The notes beneath the pieces were generated by a model. It did no database searches. It worked only from the letters and a program-made list of their open reading frames with translations, and was not told the DNA's origin. A stretch of 64,000 bases of DNA from the human T2T-CHM13v2.0 reference genome, Homo sapiens. The DNA lies in assembly GCF_009914755.1 (NCBI RefSeq), contig NC_060939.1; one strand, written 5' to 3'. Of this stretch, positions 27,094 through 42,000 are shown piece by piece; the first letter of the stretch is position 1; every line of letters starts with the position of its first letter. Both the position numbers and the translations under genes were made by a program.

Positions 27094-30000
27094 TTGAGTC
27101 CATTCAATTCCATTCCTTTCGTTTCCATTCCATTTGATGCCATTCCATTCAATTCTGTTCTACTCGACTCCAATACATTCAATTCCATTCCATCCGATTC
27201 CATTACATTCTTTTCATTTCTTATCCATTTCAAGCCATTCCACTCCATTCCATTCCACTCGTTTCCTTTCCATTCGAGTCCATTCCTCTCCAGTCCATTC
27301 CGTTCAATCCATTCCATTCCAGTCCATTCCATTCGAGTCCGTTCCATTCCAGTCCATTCCATTCGAGTCAATTCCATTCCATTCGATGTCTTTCCATAAC
27401 GATCCATTCCATTCTATTCCTTTCGATTCCATTCCATTCTATTTCATTCCATTCGATTCCCTTCCATTGGACTCCTTTCCATTCGAGTGCATTCCATTCC
27501 GTTCCATTTCTTTCCGTTCTGTACGATTCCTACCGTTCGATTTCATTTTCTTCCAGTCCATTCTTTCGCGTCCATTCCATTCCATTTCACTCCATTCGAT
27601 TCCATTCCACTCGATTCCACTTCGTTCCATTTCATTGCATTCCATTCTATTCAACTCTATTGCCTTCCATTCCATTCCATTCGATTACATTCCATGCGAC
27701 TCCATTCGAAATCGAATCAATTACATTGCAATCCATTACTATTGAGTCCGTTTTATTCCAGTCCACTGCATTCTGGTCCATTCCATTTGATTCCATTCCA
27801 TTCTATTCCATTCCATACAGTTGCATTCCATTGGATTCCATGCTACATCTATAAATTCAATTCGAGACCATTGCTTTTGAGTCCATTCTATATGATTCCA
27901 TTCCATTCAAGTCCATTACATTTGGTTAAATTCCATTCCATTCGGTTCAATTCCATTCCATTCCATTCCCTTCCATTCCATTCCAATTGATATCAATCCA
28001 TTCGATTCCATTCCATTCGAGCACATTCCATTCGAGTCCATTCCATTCGATGCCATTCCATTTGATTCTATTCCATTAGTCTCCATTCAATTCCATTAAT
28101 CTCCATTCCATTCCATTCTACTCCAACTGATTCCATTCCATTCTATTCCTTTTTATTCCATTCCATTCCATTCCATTCCATTCCATTCCATTCTTGTCCA
28201 TTCCACTCCAGTCCATTCCATTCGTATCCATTCCATTCCAGTCCATTCCATTTGTGTCCACTGCATTCCATTCCACTCCATTCCATATTATTCCATTACA
28301 CTCCATTCCATTCTATTACTTTCATTTCCATTCAATTCCATTCCATTTGATTCCATTCCACTCGGTTTCATTCCATTTGAGTCCACTCCATTCCATTCCA
28401 TTCCATTCAGTTCCATTCCATTCTGTTCCATTCCATTCCGTTCCATTACATTCCATTCCATTCGGTACCATTCCATATTGTTCCATTCGATTCCATTCGA
28501 ATCCATTCCATTCCAGTCCATTGCATTCGATTCCATTCCATTCCTTTCAATTCCATTCCATTCCATTCCATTACATTCCACTTGATTCCTCTCCATTCCC
28601 TTCCACTGCATTCCGTTCGATTCCATTCCATTGCATTGCATTCCATTCCATTGGATTGCATTCCATTCGATTCCATTCCATTCGAATCAATTACATAGCA
28701 ATCCATTACATTCGAGTCTATTCTCTTCCGTTCCATTCGATTTCGTTCCAATCCATTCGATTCCATTCCATTCGATTCCATTCCATACTATTGCATTCCA
28801 TTCGATTACATTATATTCGAATAAGTTCCATTCAAGACCATTTCTTTTGAGTCCATTCTATTTGAGTCCATTCCCTTTGATTCCATAACATTTGAGTCCA
28901 TTCAATTCCATTCCTTTCGTTTCCATTCCATTTGATGCCATTCCATTCAATTCTGTTCTACTCGACTCCAATACATTCAATTCCATTCCATCCGATTCCA
29001 TTACATTCTTTTCATTTCTTATCCATTTCAAGCCATTCCACTCCATTCCATTCCACTCGTTTCCTTTCCATTCGAGTCCATTCCTCTCCAGTCCATTCCA
29101 TTCAATCCATTCCATTCCAGTCCATTCCATTCGAGTCCGTTCCATTCCAGTCCATTCCATTCGAGTCAATTCCATTCCATTCGATGTCTTTCCATAACGA
29201 TCCATTCCATTCTATTCCTTTCGATTCCATTCCATTCTATTTCATTCCATTCGATTCCCTTCCATTGGACTCCTTTCCATTCGAGTGCATTCCATTCCGT
29301 TCCATTTCTTTCCGTTCTGTACGATTCCTACCGTTCGATTTCATTTTCTTCCAGTCCATTCTTTCGCGTCCATTCCATTCCATTTCACTCCATTCGATTC
29401 CATTCCACTCGATTCCACTTCGTTCCATTTCATTGCATTCCATTCTATTCAACTCTATTGCCTTCCATTCCATTCCATTCGATTACATTCCATGCGATTC
29501 CATTCGAAATCGAATCAATTACATTGCAATCCATTACTATTGAGTCCGTTTTATTCCAGTCCACTGCATTCTGGTCCATTCCATTTGATTCCATTCCATT
29601 CTATTCCATTCCATACAGTTGCATTCCATTGGATTCCATGCTATATCTATAAATTCAATTCGAGACCATTGCTTTTGAGTCCATTCTATATGATTCCATT
29701 CCATTCAAGTCCATTACATTTGGTTAAATTCCATTCCATTCGGTTCAATTCCATTCCATTCCATTCCCTTCCATTCCATTCCAGTTGATATCAATCCATT
29801 CGATTCCATTCCATTCGAGCACATTCCATTCGAGTCCATTCCATTCGATGCCATTCCATTTGATTCTATTCCATTAGTCTCCATTCAATTCCATTAATCT
29901 CCATTCCATTCCATTCTACTCCAACTGATTCCATTCCATTCTATTCCTTTTTATTCCATTTCATTCCATTCCATTCCATTCCATTCCATTCCATTCCATT

Positions 30001-33000
30001 CCATTCCATTCGTGTCCATTCCACTCCAGTCCATTCCATTCGTATCCATTCCATTCCAGTCCATTCCATTTGTGTCCACTGCATTCCATTCCACTCCATT
30101 CCATATTATTCCATTACACTCCATTCCATTCTATTACTTTCATTTCCATTCAATTCCATTCCATTTGATTCCATTCCACTCGGTTTCATTCCATTTGAGT
30201 CCACTCCATTCCATTCCATTCCATTCAGTTCCATTCCATTCTGTTCCATTCCATTCCGTTCCATTACATTCCATTCCATTCGGTACCATTCCATATTGTT
30301 CCATTCGATTCCATTCGAATCCATTCCATTCCAGTCCATTCCATTCGATTCCATTCCATTCATTTCAATTCCATTCCATTCCATTCCATTACATTCCACT
30401 TGATTCCTCTCCATTCCCTTCCACTGCATTCCGTTCGATTCCATTCCATTGCATTGCATTCCATTCCATTGGATTGCATTCCATTCGATTCCATTCCATT
30501 CGAATCAATTACATAGCAATCCATTACATTCGAGTCTATTCTCTTCCGTTCCATTCGATTTCGTTCCAATCCATTCGATTCCATTCCATTCGATTCCATT
30601 CCATACTATTGCATTCCATTCGATTACATTATATTCGAATAAGTTCCATTCAAGACCATTTCTTTTGAGTCCATTCTATTTGAGTCCATTCCCTTTGATT
30701 CCATAACATTTGAGTCCATTCAATTCCATTCCTTTCGTTTCCATTCCATTTGATGCCATTCCATTCAATTCTGTTCTACTCGACTCCAATACATTCAATT
30801 CCATTCCATCCGATTCCATTACATTCTTTTCATTTCTTATCCATTTCAAGCCATTCCACTCCATTCCATTCCACTCGTTTCCTTTCCATTCGAGTCCATT
30901 CCTCTCCAGTCCATTCCGTTCAATCCATTCCATTCCAGTCCATTCCATTCGAGTCCGTTCCATTCCAGTCCATTCCATTCGAGTCAATTCCATTCCATTC
31001 GATGTCTTTCCATAACGATCCATTCCATTCTATTCCTTTCGATTCCATTCCATTCTATTTCATTCCATTCGATTCCCTTCCATTGGACTCCTTTCCATTC
31101 GAGTGCATTCCATTCCGTTCCATTTCTTTCCGTTCTGTACGATTCCTACCGTTCGATTTCATTTTCTTCCAGTCCATTCTTTCGCGTCCATTCCATTCCA
31201 TTTCACTCCATTCGATTCCATTCCACTCGATTCCACTTCGTTCCATTTCATTGCATTCCATTCTATTCAACTCTATTGCCTTCCATTCCATTCCATTCGA
31301 TTACATTCCATGCGATTCCATTCGAAATCGAATCAATTACATTGCAATCCATTACTATTGAGTCCGTTTTATTCCAGTCCACTGCATTCTGGTCCATTCC
31401 ATTTGATTCCATTCCATTCTATTCCATTCCATACAGTTGCATTCCATTGGATTCCATGCTATATCTATAAATTCAATTCGAGACCATTGCTTTTGAGTCC
31501 ATTCTATATGATTCCATTCCATTCAAGTCCATTACATTTGGTTAAATTCCATTCCATTCGGTTCAATTCCATTCCATTCCATTCCCTTCCATTCCATTCC
31601 AGTTGATATCAATCCATTCGATTCCATTCCATTCGAGCACATTCCATTCGAGTCCATTCCATTCGATGCCATTCCATTTGATTCTATTCCATTAGTCTCC
31701 ATTCAATTCCATTAATCTCCATTCCATTCCATTCTACTCCAACTGATTCCATTCCATTCTATTCCTTTTTATTCCATTCCATTCCATTCCATTCCATTCC
31801 ATTCCATTCCATTCGTGTCCATTCCACTCCAGTCCATTCCATTCGTATCCATTCCATTCCAGTCCATTCCATTTGTGTCCACTGCATTCCATTCCACTCC
31901 ATTCCATATTATTCCATTACACTCCATTCCAATCTATTACTTTCATTTCCATTCAATTCCATTCCATTTGATTCCATTCCACTCGGTTTCACTTTTTTTG
32001 AGTCCACTCCATTCCATTCCATTCCATTCAGTTCCATTCCATTCTGTTCCATTCCATTCCGTTCCATTACATTGCATTCCATTCGGTACCATTCCATATT
32101 GTTCCATTCGATTCCATTCGAATCCATTCCATTCCAGTCCATTCCATTCGATTCCATTCCATTCATTTCAATTCCATTCCATTCCATTCCATTACATTCC
32201 ACTTGATTCCTCTCCATTCCCTTCCACTGCATTCCGTTCGATTCCATTCCATTGCATTGCATTCCATTCCATTGGATTGCATTCCATTCGATTCCATTCC
32301 ATTCGAATCAATTACATAGCAATCCATTACATTCGAGTCTATTCTCTTCCGTTCCATTCGATTTCGTTCCAATCCATTCGATTCCATTCCATTCGATTCC
32401 ATTCCATACTATTGCATTCCATTCGATTACATTATATTCGAATAAGTTCCATTCAAGACCATTTCTTTTGAGTCCATTCTATTTGAGTCCATTCCCTTTG
32501 ATTCCATAACATTTGAGTCCATTCAATTCCATTCCTTTCGTTTCCATTCCATTTGATGCCATTCCATTCAATTCTGTTCTACTCGACTCCAATACATTCA
32601 ATTCCATTCCATCCGATTCCATTACATTCTTTTCATTTCTTATCCATTTCAAGCCATTCCACTCCATTCCATTCCACTCGTTTCCTTTCCATTCGAGTCC
32701 ATTCCTCTCCAGTCCATTCCGTTCAATCCATTCCATTCCAGTCCATTCCATTCGAGTCCGTTCCATTCCAGTCCATTCCATTCGAGTCAATTCCATTCCA
32801 TTCGATGTCTTTCCATAACGATCCATTCCATTCTATTCCTTTCGATTCCATTCCATTCTATTTCATTCCATTCGATTCCCTTCCATTGGACTCCTTTCCA
32901 TTCGAGTGCATTCCATTCCGTTCCATTTCTTTCCGTTCTGTACGATTCCTACCGTTCGATTTCATTTTGTTCCTGTCCATTCCTTTCGCGTCCATTCCAT

Positions 33001-36000
33001 TCCATTTCACTCCATTCGATTCCATTCCACTCGATTCCACTTCGTTCCATTTCATTGCATTCCATTCTATTCAACTCTATTGCCTTCCATTCCATTCCAT
33101 TCGATTACATTCCATGCGATTCCATTCGAAATCGAATCAATTACATTGCAAACCATTACTATTGAGTCCGTTTTATTCCAGTCCACTGCATTCTGGTCCA
33201 TTCCATTTGATTCCATTCCATTCTATTCCATTCCATACAGTTGCATTCCATTGGATTCCATGCTATATCTATAAATTCAATTCGAGACCATTGCTTTTGA
33301 GTCCATTCTATATGATTCCATTCCATTCAAGTCCATTACATTTGGTTCAATTCCATTCCATTCCATTCCCTTTCATTCCATTCCATTTGATATCAATCCA
33401 TTCGATTCCATTCCATTCGAGCACATTCCATTCGAGTCCATTCCATTCGATGCCATTCCATTTGATTCTATTCCATTAGTCTCCATTCAATTCCATTAAT
33501 CTCCATTCCATTCCATTCTACTCCAACTGATTCCATTCCATTCTATTCCTTTCCATTCCATTTCATTCCATTCCATTCCACTCCATTCCATTCCATTCCA
33601 TTCCATTCGTGTCCATTCCACTCCAGTCCATTCCATTCGTGTCCATTCCATTCCAGTCCATTCCATTTGTGTCCACTGCATTCCATTCCACTCCATTCCA
33701 TATTATTCCATTACACTCCATTCCATTCTATTACTTTCATTTCCATTCAATTCCATTCCATTTGATTCCATTCCACTCGGTTTCATTCCATTTGAGTTCA
33801 CTCCATTCCATTCCATTCCATTCCATTCAGTTCCATTCCATTCCGTTCCATTACATTCCATTCCATTCGGTACCATTCCATATTGTTCCATTCGATTCCA
33901 TTCGAATCCATTCCATTGCAGTCCATTCCATTCGATTCCATTCCATTCATTTCAATTCCATTCCATTCCATTCCATTCCATTCCACTTGATTCCTCTCCA
34001 TTCCCTTCCACTGCATTCCGTTCGATTCCATTCCATTGCATTGCATTCCATTCCATTGGATTGCATTCCATTCGATTCCATTCCATTCGAATCAATTACA
34101 TAGCAATCCATTACATTCGAGTCTATTCTATTCCGTTCCATTCGATTTCGTTCCAATCCATTCGATTCCATTCCATTCGATTCCATTCCATACTATTGCA
34201 TTCCATTCGATTACATTATATTCGAATAAGTTCCATTCAAGACCATTTCTTTTGAGTCCATTCTATTTGAGTCCATTCCCTTTGATTCCATAACATTTGA
34301 GTCCATTCAATTCCATTCCTTTCGTTTCCATTCCATTTGATGCCATTCCATTCAATTCTGTTCTACTCGACTCCAATACATTCAATTCCATTCCATCCGA
34401 TTCCATTACATTCTTTTCATTTCTTATCCATTTCAAGCCATTCCACTCCATTCCATTCCACTCGTTTCCTTTCCATTCGAGTCCATTCCTCTCCAGTCCA
34501 TTCCGTTCAATCCATTCCATTCCAGTCCATTCCATTCGAGTCCGTTCCATTCCAGTCCATTCCATTCGAGTCAATTCCATTCCATTCGATGTCTTTCCAT
34601 AACGATCCATTCCATTCTATTCCTTTCGATTCCATTCCATTCTATTTCATTCCATTCGATTCCCTTCCATTGGACTCCTTTCCATTCGAGTGCATTCCAT
34701 TCCGTTCCATTTCTTTCCGTTCTGTACGATTCCTACCGTTCGATTTCATTTTCTTCCAGTCCATTCTTTCGCGTCCATGCCATTCCATTTCACTCCATTC
34801 GATTCCATTCCACTCGATTCCACTTCGTTCCATTTCATTGCATTCCATTCTATTCAACTCTATTGCCTTCCATTCCATTCCATTCGATTACATTCCATGC
34901 GATTCCATTCGAAATCGAATCAATTACATTGCAATCCATTACTATTGAGTCCGTTTTATTCCAGTCCACTGCATTCTGGTCCATTCCATTTGATTCCATT
35001 CCATTCTATTCCATTCCATACAGTTGCATTCCATTGGATTCCATGCTATATCTATAAATTCAATTCGAGACCATTGCTTTTGAGTCCATTCTATATGATT
35101 CCATTCCATTCAAGTCCATTACATTTGGTTAAATTCCATTCCATTCGGTTCAATTCCATTCCATTCCATTCCCTTCCATTCCATTCCAGTTGATATCAAT
35201 CCATTCGATTCCATTCCATTCGAGCACATTCCATTCGAATCCATTCCATTCGATGCCATTCCATTTGATTCTATTCCATTAGTCTCCATTCAATTCCATT
35301 AATCTCCATTCCATTCCATTCTACTCCAACTGATTCCATTCCATTCTATTCCTTTCCATTCCATTTCATTCCATTCCATTCCATTCCATTCCATTCCATT
35401 CCATTCGTGTCCATTCCACTCCAGTCCATTCCATTCGTATCCATTCCATTCCAGTCCATTCCATTTGTGTCCACTGCATTCCATTCCACTCCATTCCATA
35501 TTATTCCATTACACTCCATTCCATTCTATTACTTTCATTTCCATTCAATTCCATTCCATTTGATTCCATTCCACTCGGTTTCATTCCATTTGAGTCCACT
35601 CCATTCCATTCCATTCCATTCAGTTCCATTCCATTCTGTTCCATTCCATTCCGTTCCATTACATTCCATTCCATTCGGTACCATTCCATATTGTTCCATT
35701 CGATTCCATTCGAATCCATTCCATTCCAGTCCATTCCATTCGATTCCATTCCATTCATTTCAATTCCATTCCATTCCATTCCATTACATTCCACTTGATT
35801 CCTCTCCATTCCCTTCCACTGCATTCCGTTCGATTCCATTCCATTGCATTGCATTCCATTCCATTGGATTGCATTCCATTCGATTCCATTCCATTCGAAT
35901 CAATTACATAGCAATCCATTACATTCGAGTCTATTCTCTTCCGTTCCATTCGATTTCGTTCCAATCCATTCGATTCCATTCCATTCGATTCCATTCCATA

Positions 36001-39000
36001 CTATTGCATTCCATTCGATTACATTATATTCGAATAAGTTCCATTCAAGACCATTTCTTTTGAGTCCATTCTATTTGAGTCCATTCCCTTTGATTCCATA
36101 ACATTTGAGTCCATTCAATTCCATTCCTTTCGTTTCCATTCCATTTGATGCCATTCCATTCAATTCTGTTCTACTCGACTCCAATACATTCAATTCCATT
36201 CCATCCGATTCCATTACATTCTTTTCATTTCTTATCCATTTCAAGCCATTCCACTCCATTCCATTCCACTCGTTTCCTTTCCATTCGAGTCCATTCCTCT
36301 CCAGTCCATTCCGTTCAATCCATTCCATTCCAGTCCATTCCATTCGAGTCCGTTCCATTCCAGTCCATTCCATTCGAGTCAATTCCATTCCATTCGATGT
36401 CTTTCCATAACGATCCATTCCATTCTATTCCTTTCGATTCCATTCCATTCTATTTCATTCCATTCGATTCCCTTCCATTGGACTCCTTTCCATTCGAGTG
36501 CATTCCATTCCGTTCCATTTCTTTCCGTTCTGTACGATTCCTACCGTTCGATTTCATTTTGTTCCAGTCCATTCTTTCGCGTCCATTCATTCCATTTCAC
36601 TCCATTCGATTCCATTCCACTCGATTCCACTTCGTTCCATTTCATTGCATTCCATTCTATTCAACTCTATTGCCTTCCATTCCATTCCATTCGATTACAT
36701 TCCATGCGATTCCATTCAAAATCGAATCAATTACATTGCAATCCATTACTATTGAGTCCGTTTTATTCCAGTCCACTGCATTCTGGTCCATTCCATTTGA
36801 TTCCATTCCATTCTATTCCATTCCATACAGTTGCATTCCATTGGATTCCATGCTATATCTATAAATTCAATTCGAGACCATTGCTTTTGAGTCCATTCTA
36901 TATGATTCCATTCCATTCAAGTCCATTACATTTGGTTAAATTCCATTCCATTCGGTTCAATTCCATTCCATTCCATTCCCTTCCATTCCATTCCAGTTGA
37001 TATCAATCCATTCGATTCCATTCCATTCGAGCACATTCCATTCGAGTCCATTCCATTCGATGCCATTCCATTTGATTCTATTCCATTAGTCTCCATTCAA
37101 TTCCATTAATCTCCATTCCATTCCATTCTACTCCAACTGATTCCATTCCATTCTATTCCTTTCCATTCCATTTCATTCCATTCCATTCCATTCCATTCCA
37201 TTCCATTCCATTCCATTCCATTCGTGTCCATTCCACTCCAGTCCATTCCATTCGTATCCATTCCATTCCAGTCCATTCCATTTGTGTCCACTGCATTCCA
37301 TTCCACTCCATTCCATATTATTCCATTACACTCCATTCCATTCTATTACTTTCATTTCCATTCAATTCCATTCCATTTGATTCCATTCCACTCGGTTTCA
37401 TTCCATTTGAGTCCACTCCATTCCATTCCATTCCATTCAGTTCCATTCCATTCTGTTCCATTCCATTCCGTTCCATTACATTCCATTCCATTCGGTACCA
37501 TTCCATATTGTTCCATTCGATTCCATTCGAATCCATTCCATTCCAGTCCATTCCATTCGATTCCATTCCATTCCTTTCAATTCCATTCCATTCCATTCCA
37601 TTACATTCCACTTGATTCCTCTCCATTCCCTTCCACTGCATTCCGTTCGATTCCATTCCATTGCATTGCATTCCATTCCATTGGATTGCATTCCATTCGA
37701 TTCCATTCCATTCGAATCAATTACATAGCAATCCATTACATTCGAGTCTATTCTCTTCCGTTCCATTCGATTTCGTTCCAATCCATTCGATTCCATTCCA
37801 TTCGATTCCATTCCATACTATTGCATTCCATTCGATTACATTATATTCGAATAAGTTCCATTCAAGACCATTTCTTTTGAGTCCATTCTATTTGAGTCCA
37901 TTCCCTTTGATTCCATAACATTTGAGTCCATTCAATTCCATTCCTTTCGTTTCCATTCCATTTGATGCCATTCCATTCAATTCTGTTCTACTCGACTCCA
38001 ATACATTCAATTCCATTCCATCCGATTCCATTACATTCTTTTCATTTCTTATCCATTTCAAGCCATTCCACTCCATTCCATTCCACTCGTTTCCTTTCCA
38101 TTCGAGTCCATTCCTCTCCAGTCCATTCCGTTCAATCCATTCCATTCCAGTCCATTCCATTCGAGTCCGTTCCATTCCAGTCCATTCCATTCGAGTCAAT
38201 TCCATTCCATTCGATGTCTTTCCATAACGATCCATTCCATTCTATTCCTTTCGATTCCATTCCATTCTATTTCATTCCATTCGATTCCCTTCCATTGGAC
38301 TCCTTTCCATTCGAGTGCATTCCATTCCGTTCCATTTCTTTCCGTTCTGTACGATTCCTACCGTTCGATTTCATTTTGTTCCAGTCCATTCTTTCGCGTC
38401 CATTCATTCCATTTCACTCCATTCGATTCCATTCCACTCGATTCCACTTCGTTCCATTTCATTGCATTCCATTCTATTCAACTCTATTGCCTTCCATTCC
38501 ATTCCATTCGATTACATTCCATGCGATTCCATTCAAAATCGAATCAATTACATTGCAATCCATTACTATTGAGTCCGTTTTATTCCAGTCCACTGCATTC
38601 TGGTCCATTCCATTTGATTCCATTCCATTCTATTCCATTCCATACAGTTGCATTCCATTGGATTCCATGCTATATCTATAAATTCAATTCGAGACCATTG
38701 TTTTTGAGTCCATTCTATATGATTCCATTCCATTCAAGTCCATTACATTTGGTTAAATTCCATTCCATTCGGTTCAATTCCATTCCATTCCATTCCCTTC
38801 CATTCCATTCCAGTTGATATCAATCCATTCGATTCCATTCCATTCGAGCACATTCCATTCGAGTCCATTCCATTCGATGCCATTTCATTTGATTCTATTC
38901 CATTAGTCTCCATTCAATTCCATTAATCTCCATTCCATTCCATTCTACTCCAACTGATTCCATTCCATTCTATTCCTTTCCATTCCATTTCATTCCATTC

Positions 39001-42000
39001 CATTCCATTCCATTCCATTCCATTCCATTCCATTCGTGTCCATTCCACTCCAGTCCATTCCATTCGTATCCATTCCATTCCAGTCCATTCCATTTGTGTC
39101 CACTGCATTCCATTCCACTCCATTCCATATTATTCCATTACACTCCATTCCATTCTATTACTTTCATTTCCATTCAATTCCATTCCATTTGATTCCATTC
39201 CACTCGGTTTCATTCCATTTGAGTCCACTCCATTCCATTCCATTCCATTCAGTTCCATTCCATTCTGTTCCATTCCATTCCGTTCCGTTACATTCCATTC
39301 CATTCGGTACCATTCCATATTGTTCCATTCGATTCCATTCGAATCCATTCCATTCCAGTCCATTCCATTCGATTCCATTCCATTCATTTCAATTCCATTC
39401 CATTCCATTCCATTACATTCCACTTGATTCCTCTCCATTCCCTTCCACTGCATTCCGTTCGATTCCATTCCATTGCATTGCATTCCATTCCATTGGATTG
39501 CATTCCATTCGATTCCATTCCATTCGAATCAATTACATAGCAATCCATTACATTCGAGTCTATTCTCTTCCGTTCCATTCGATTTCGTTCCAATCCATTC
39601 GATTCCATTCCATTCGATTCCATTCCATACTATTGCATTCCATTCGATTACATTATATTCGAATAAGTTCCATTCAAGACCATTTCTTTTGAGTCCATTC
39701 TATTTGAGTCCATTCCCTTTGATTCCATAACATTTGAGTCCATTCAATTCCATTCCTTTCGTTTCCATTCCATTTGATGCTATTCCATTCAATTCTGTTC
39801 TACTCGACTCCAATACATTCAATTCCATTCCATCCGATTCCATTACATTCTTTTCATTTCTTATCCATTTCAAGCCATTCCACTCCATTCCATTCCACTC
39901 GTTTCCTTTCCATTCGAGTCCATTCCTCTCCAGTCCATTCCGTTCAATCCATTCCATTCCAGTCCATTCCATTCGAGTCCGTTCCATTCCAGTCCATTCC
40001 ATTCGAGTCAATTCCATTCCATTCGATGTCTTTCCATAACGATCCATTCCATTCTATTCCTTTCGATTCCATTCCATTCTATTTCATTCCATTCGATTCC
40101 CTTCCATTGGACTCCTTTCCATTCGAGTGCATTCCATTCCGTTCCATTTCTTTCCGTTCTGTACGATTCCTACCGTTCGATTTCATTTTCTTCCAGTCCA
40201 TTCTTTCGCGTCCATGCCATTCCATTTCACTCCATTCGATTCCATTCCACTCGATTCCACTTCGTTCCATTTCATTGCATTCCATTCTATTCAACTCTAT
40301 TGCCTTCCATTCCATTCCATTCGATTACATTCCATGCGATTCCATTCGAAATCGAATCAATTACATTGCAATCCATTACTATTGAGTCCGTTTTATTCCA
40401 GTCCACTGCATTCTGGTCCATTCCATTTGATTCCATTCCATTCTATTCCATTCCATACAGTTGCATTCCATTGGATTCCATGCTATATCTATAAATTCAA
40501 TTCGAGACCATTGCTTTTGAGTCCATTCTATATGATTCCATTCCATTCAAGTCCATTACATTTGGTTAAATTCCATTCCATTCGGTTCAATTCCATTCCA
40601 TTCCATTCCCTTCCATTCCATTCCAGTTGATATCAATCCATTCGATTCCATTCCATTCGAGCACATTCCATTCGAGTCCATTCCATTCGATGCCATTCCA
40701 TTTGATTCTATTCCATTAGTCTCCATTCAATTCCATTAATCTCCATTCCATTCCATTCTACTCCAACTGATTCCATTCCATTCTATTCCTTTCCATTCCA
40801 TTTCATTCCATTCCATTCCATTCCATTCCATTCCATTCCATTCGTGTCCATTCCACTCCAGTCCATTCCATTCGTATCCATTCCATTCCAGTCTATTCCA
40901 TTTGTGTCCACTGCATTCCAATCCACTCCATTCCATATTATTCCATTACACTCCATTCCATTCTATTACTTTCATTTCCATTCAATTCCATTCCATTTGA
41001 TTCCATTCCACTCGGTTTCATTCCATTTGAGTCCACTCCATTCCATTCCATTCCATTCAGTTCCATTCCATTCTGTTCCATTCCATTCCGTTCCATTACA
41101 TTCCATTCCATTCGGTACCATTCCATATTGTTCCATTCGATTCCATTCGAATCCATTCCATTCCAGTCCATTCCATTCGATTCCATTCCATTCATTTCAA
41201 TTCCATTCCATTCCATTCCATTACATTCCACTTGATTCCTCTCCATTCCCTTCCACTGCATTCCGTTCGATTCCATTCCATTGCATTGCATTCCATTCCA
41301 TTGGATTGCATTCCATTCGATTCCATTCCATTCGAATCAATTACATAGCAATCCATTACATTCGAGTCTATTCTCTTCCGTTCCATTCGATTTCGTTCCA
41401 ATCCATTCGATTCCATTCCATTCGATTCCATTCCATACTATTGCATTCCATTCGATTACATTATATTCGAATAAGTTCCATTCAAGACCATTTCTTTTGA
41501 GTCCATTCTATTTGAGTCCATTCCCTTTGATTCCATAACATTTGAGTCCATTCAATTCCATTCCTTTCGTTTCCATTCCATTTGATGCCATTCCATTCAA
41601 TTCTGTTCTACTCGACTCCAATACATTCAATTCCATTCCATCCGATTCCATTACATTCTTTTCATTTCTTATCCATTTCAAGCCATTCCACTCCATTCCA
41701 TTCCACTCGTTTCCTTTCCATTCGAGTCCATTCCTCTCCAGTCCATTCCGTTCAATCCATTCCATTCCAGTCCATTCCATTCGAGTCCGTTCCATTCCAG
41801 TCCATTCCATTCGAGTCAATTCCATTCCATTCGATGTCTTTCCATAACGATCCATTCCATTCTATTCCTTTCGATTCCATTCCATTCTATTTCATTCCAT
41901 TCGATTCCCTTCCATTGGACTCCTTTCCATTCGAGTGCATTCCATTCCGTTCCATTTCTTTCCGTTCTGTACGATTCCTACCGTTCGATTTCATTTTGTT

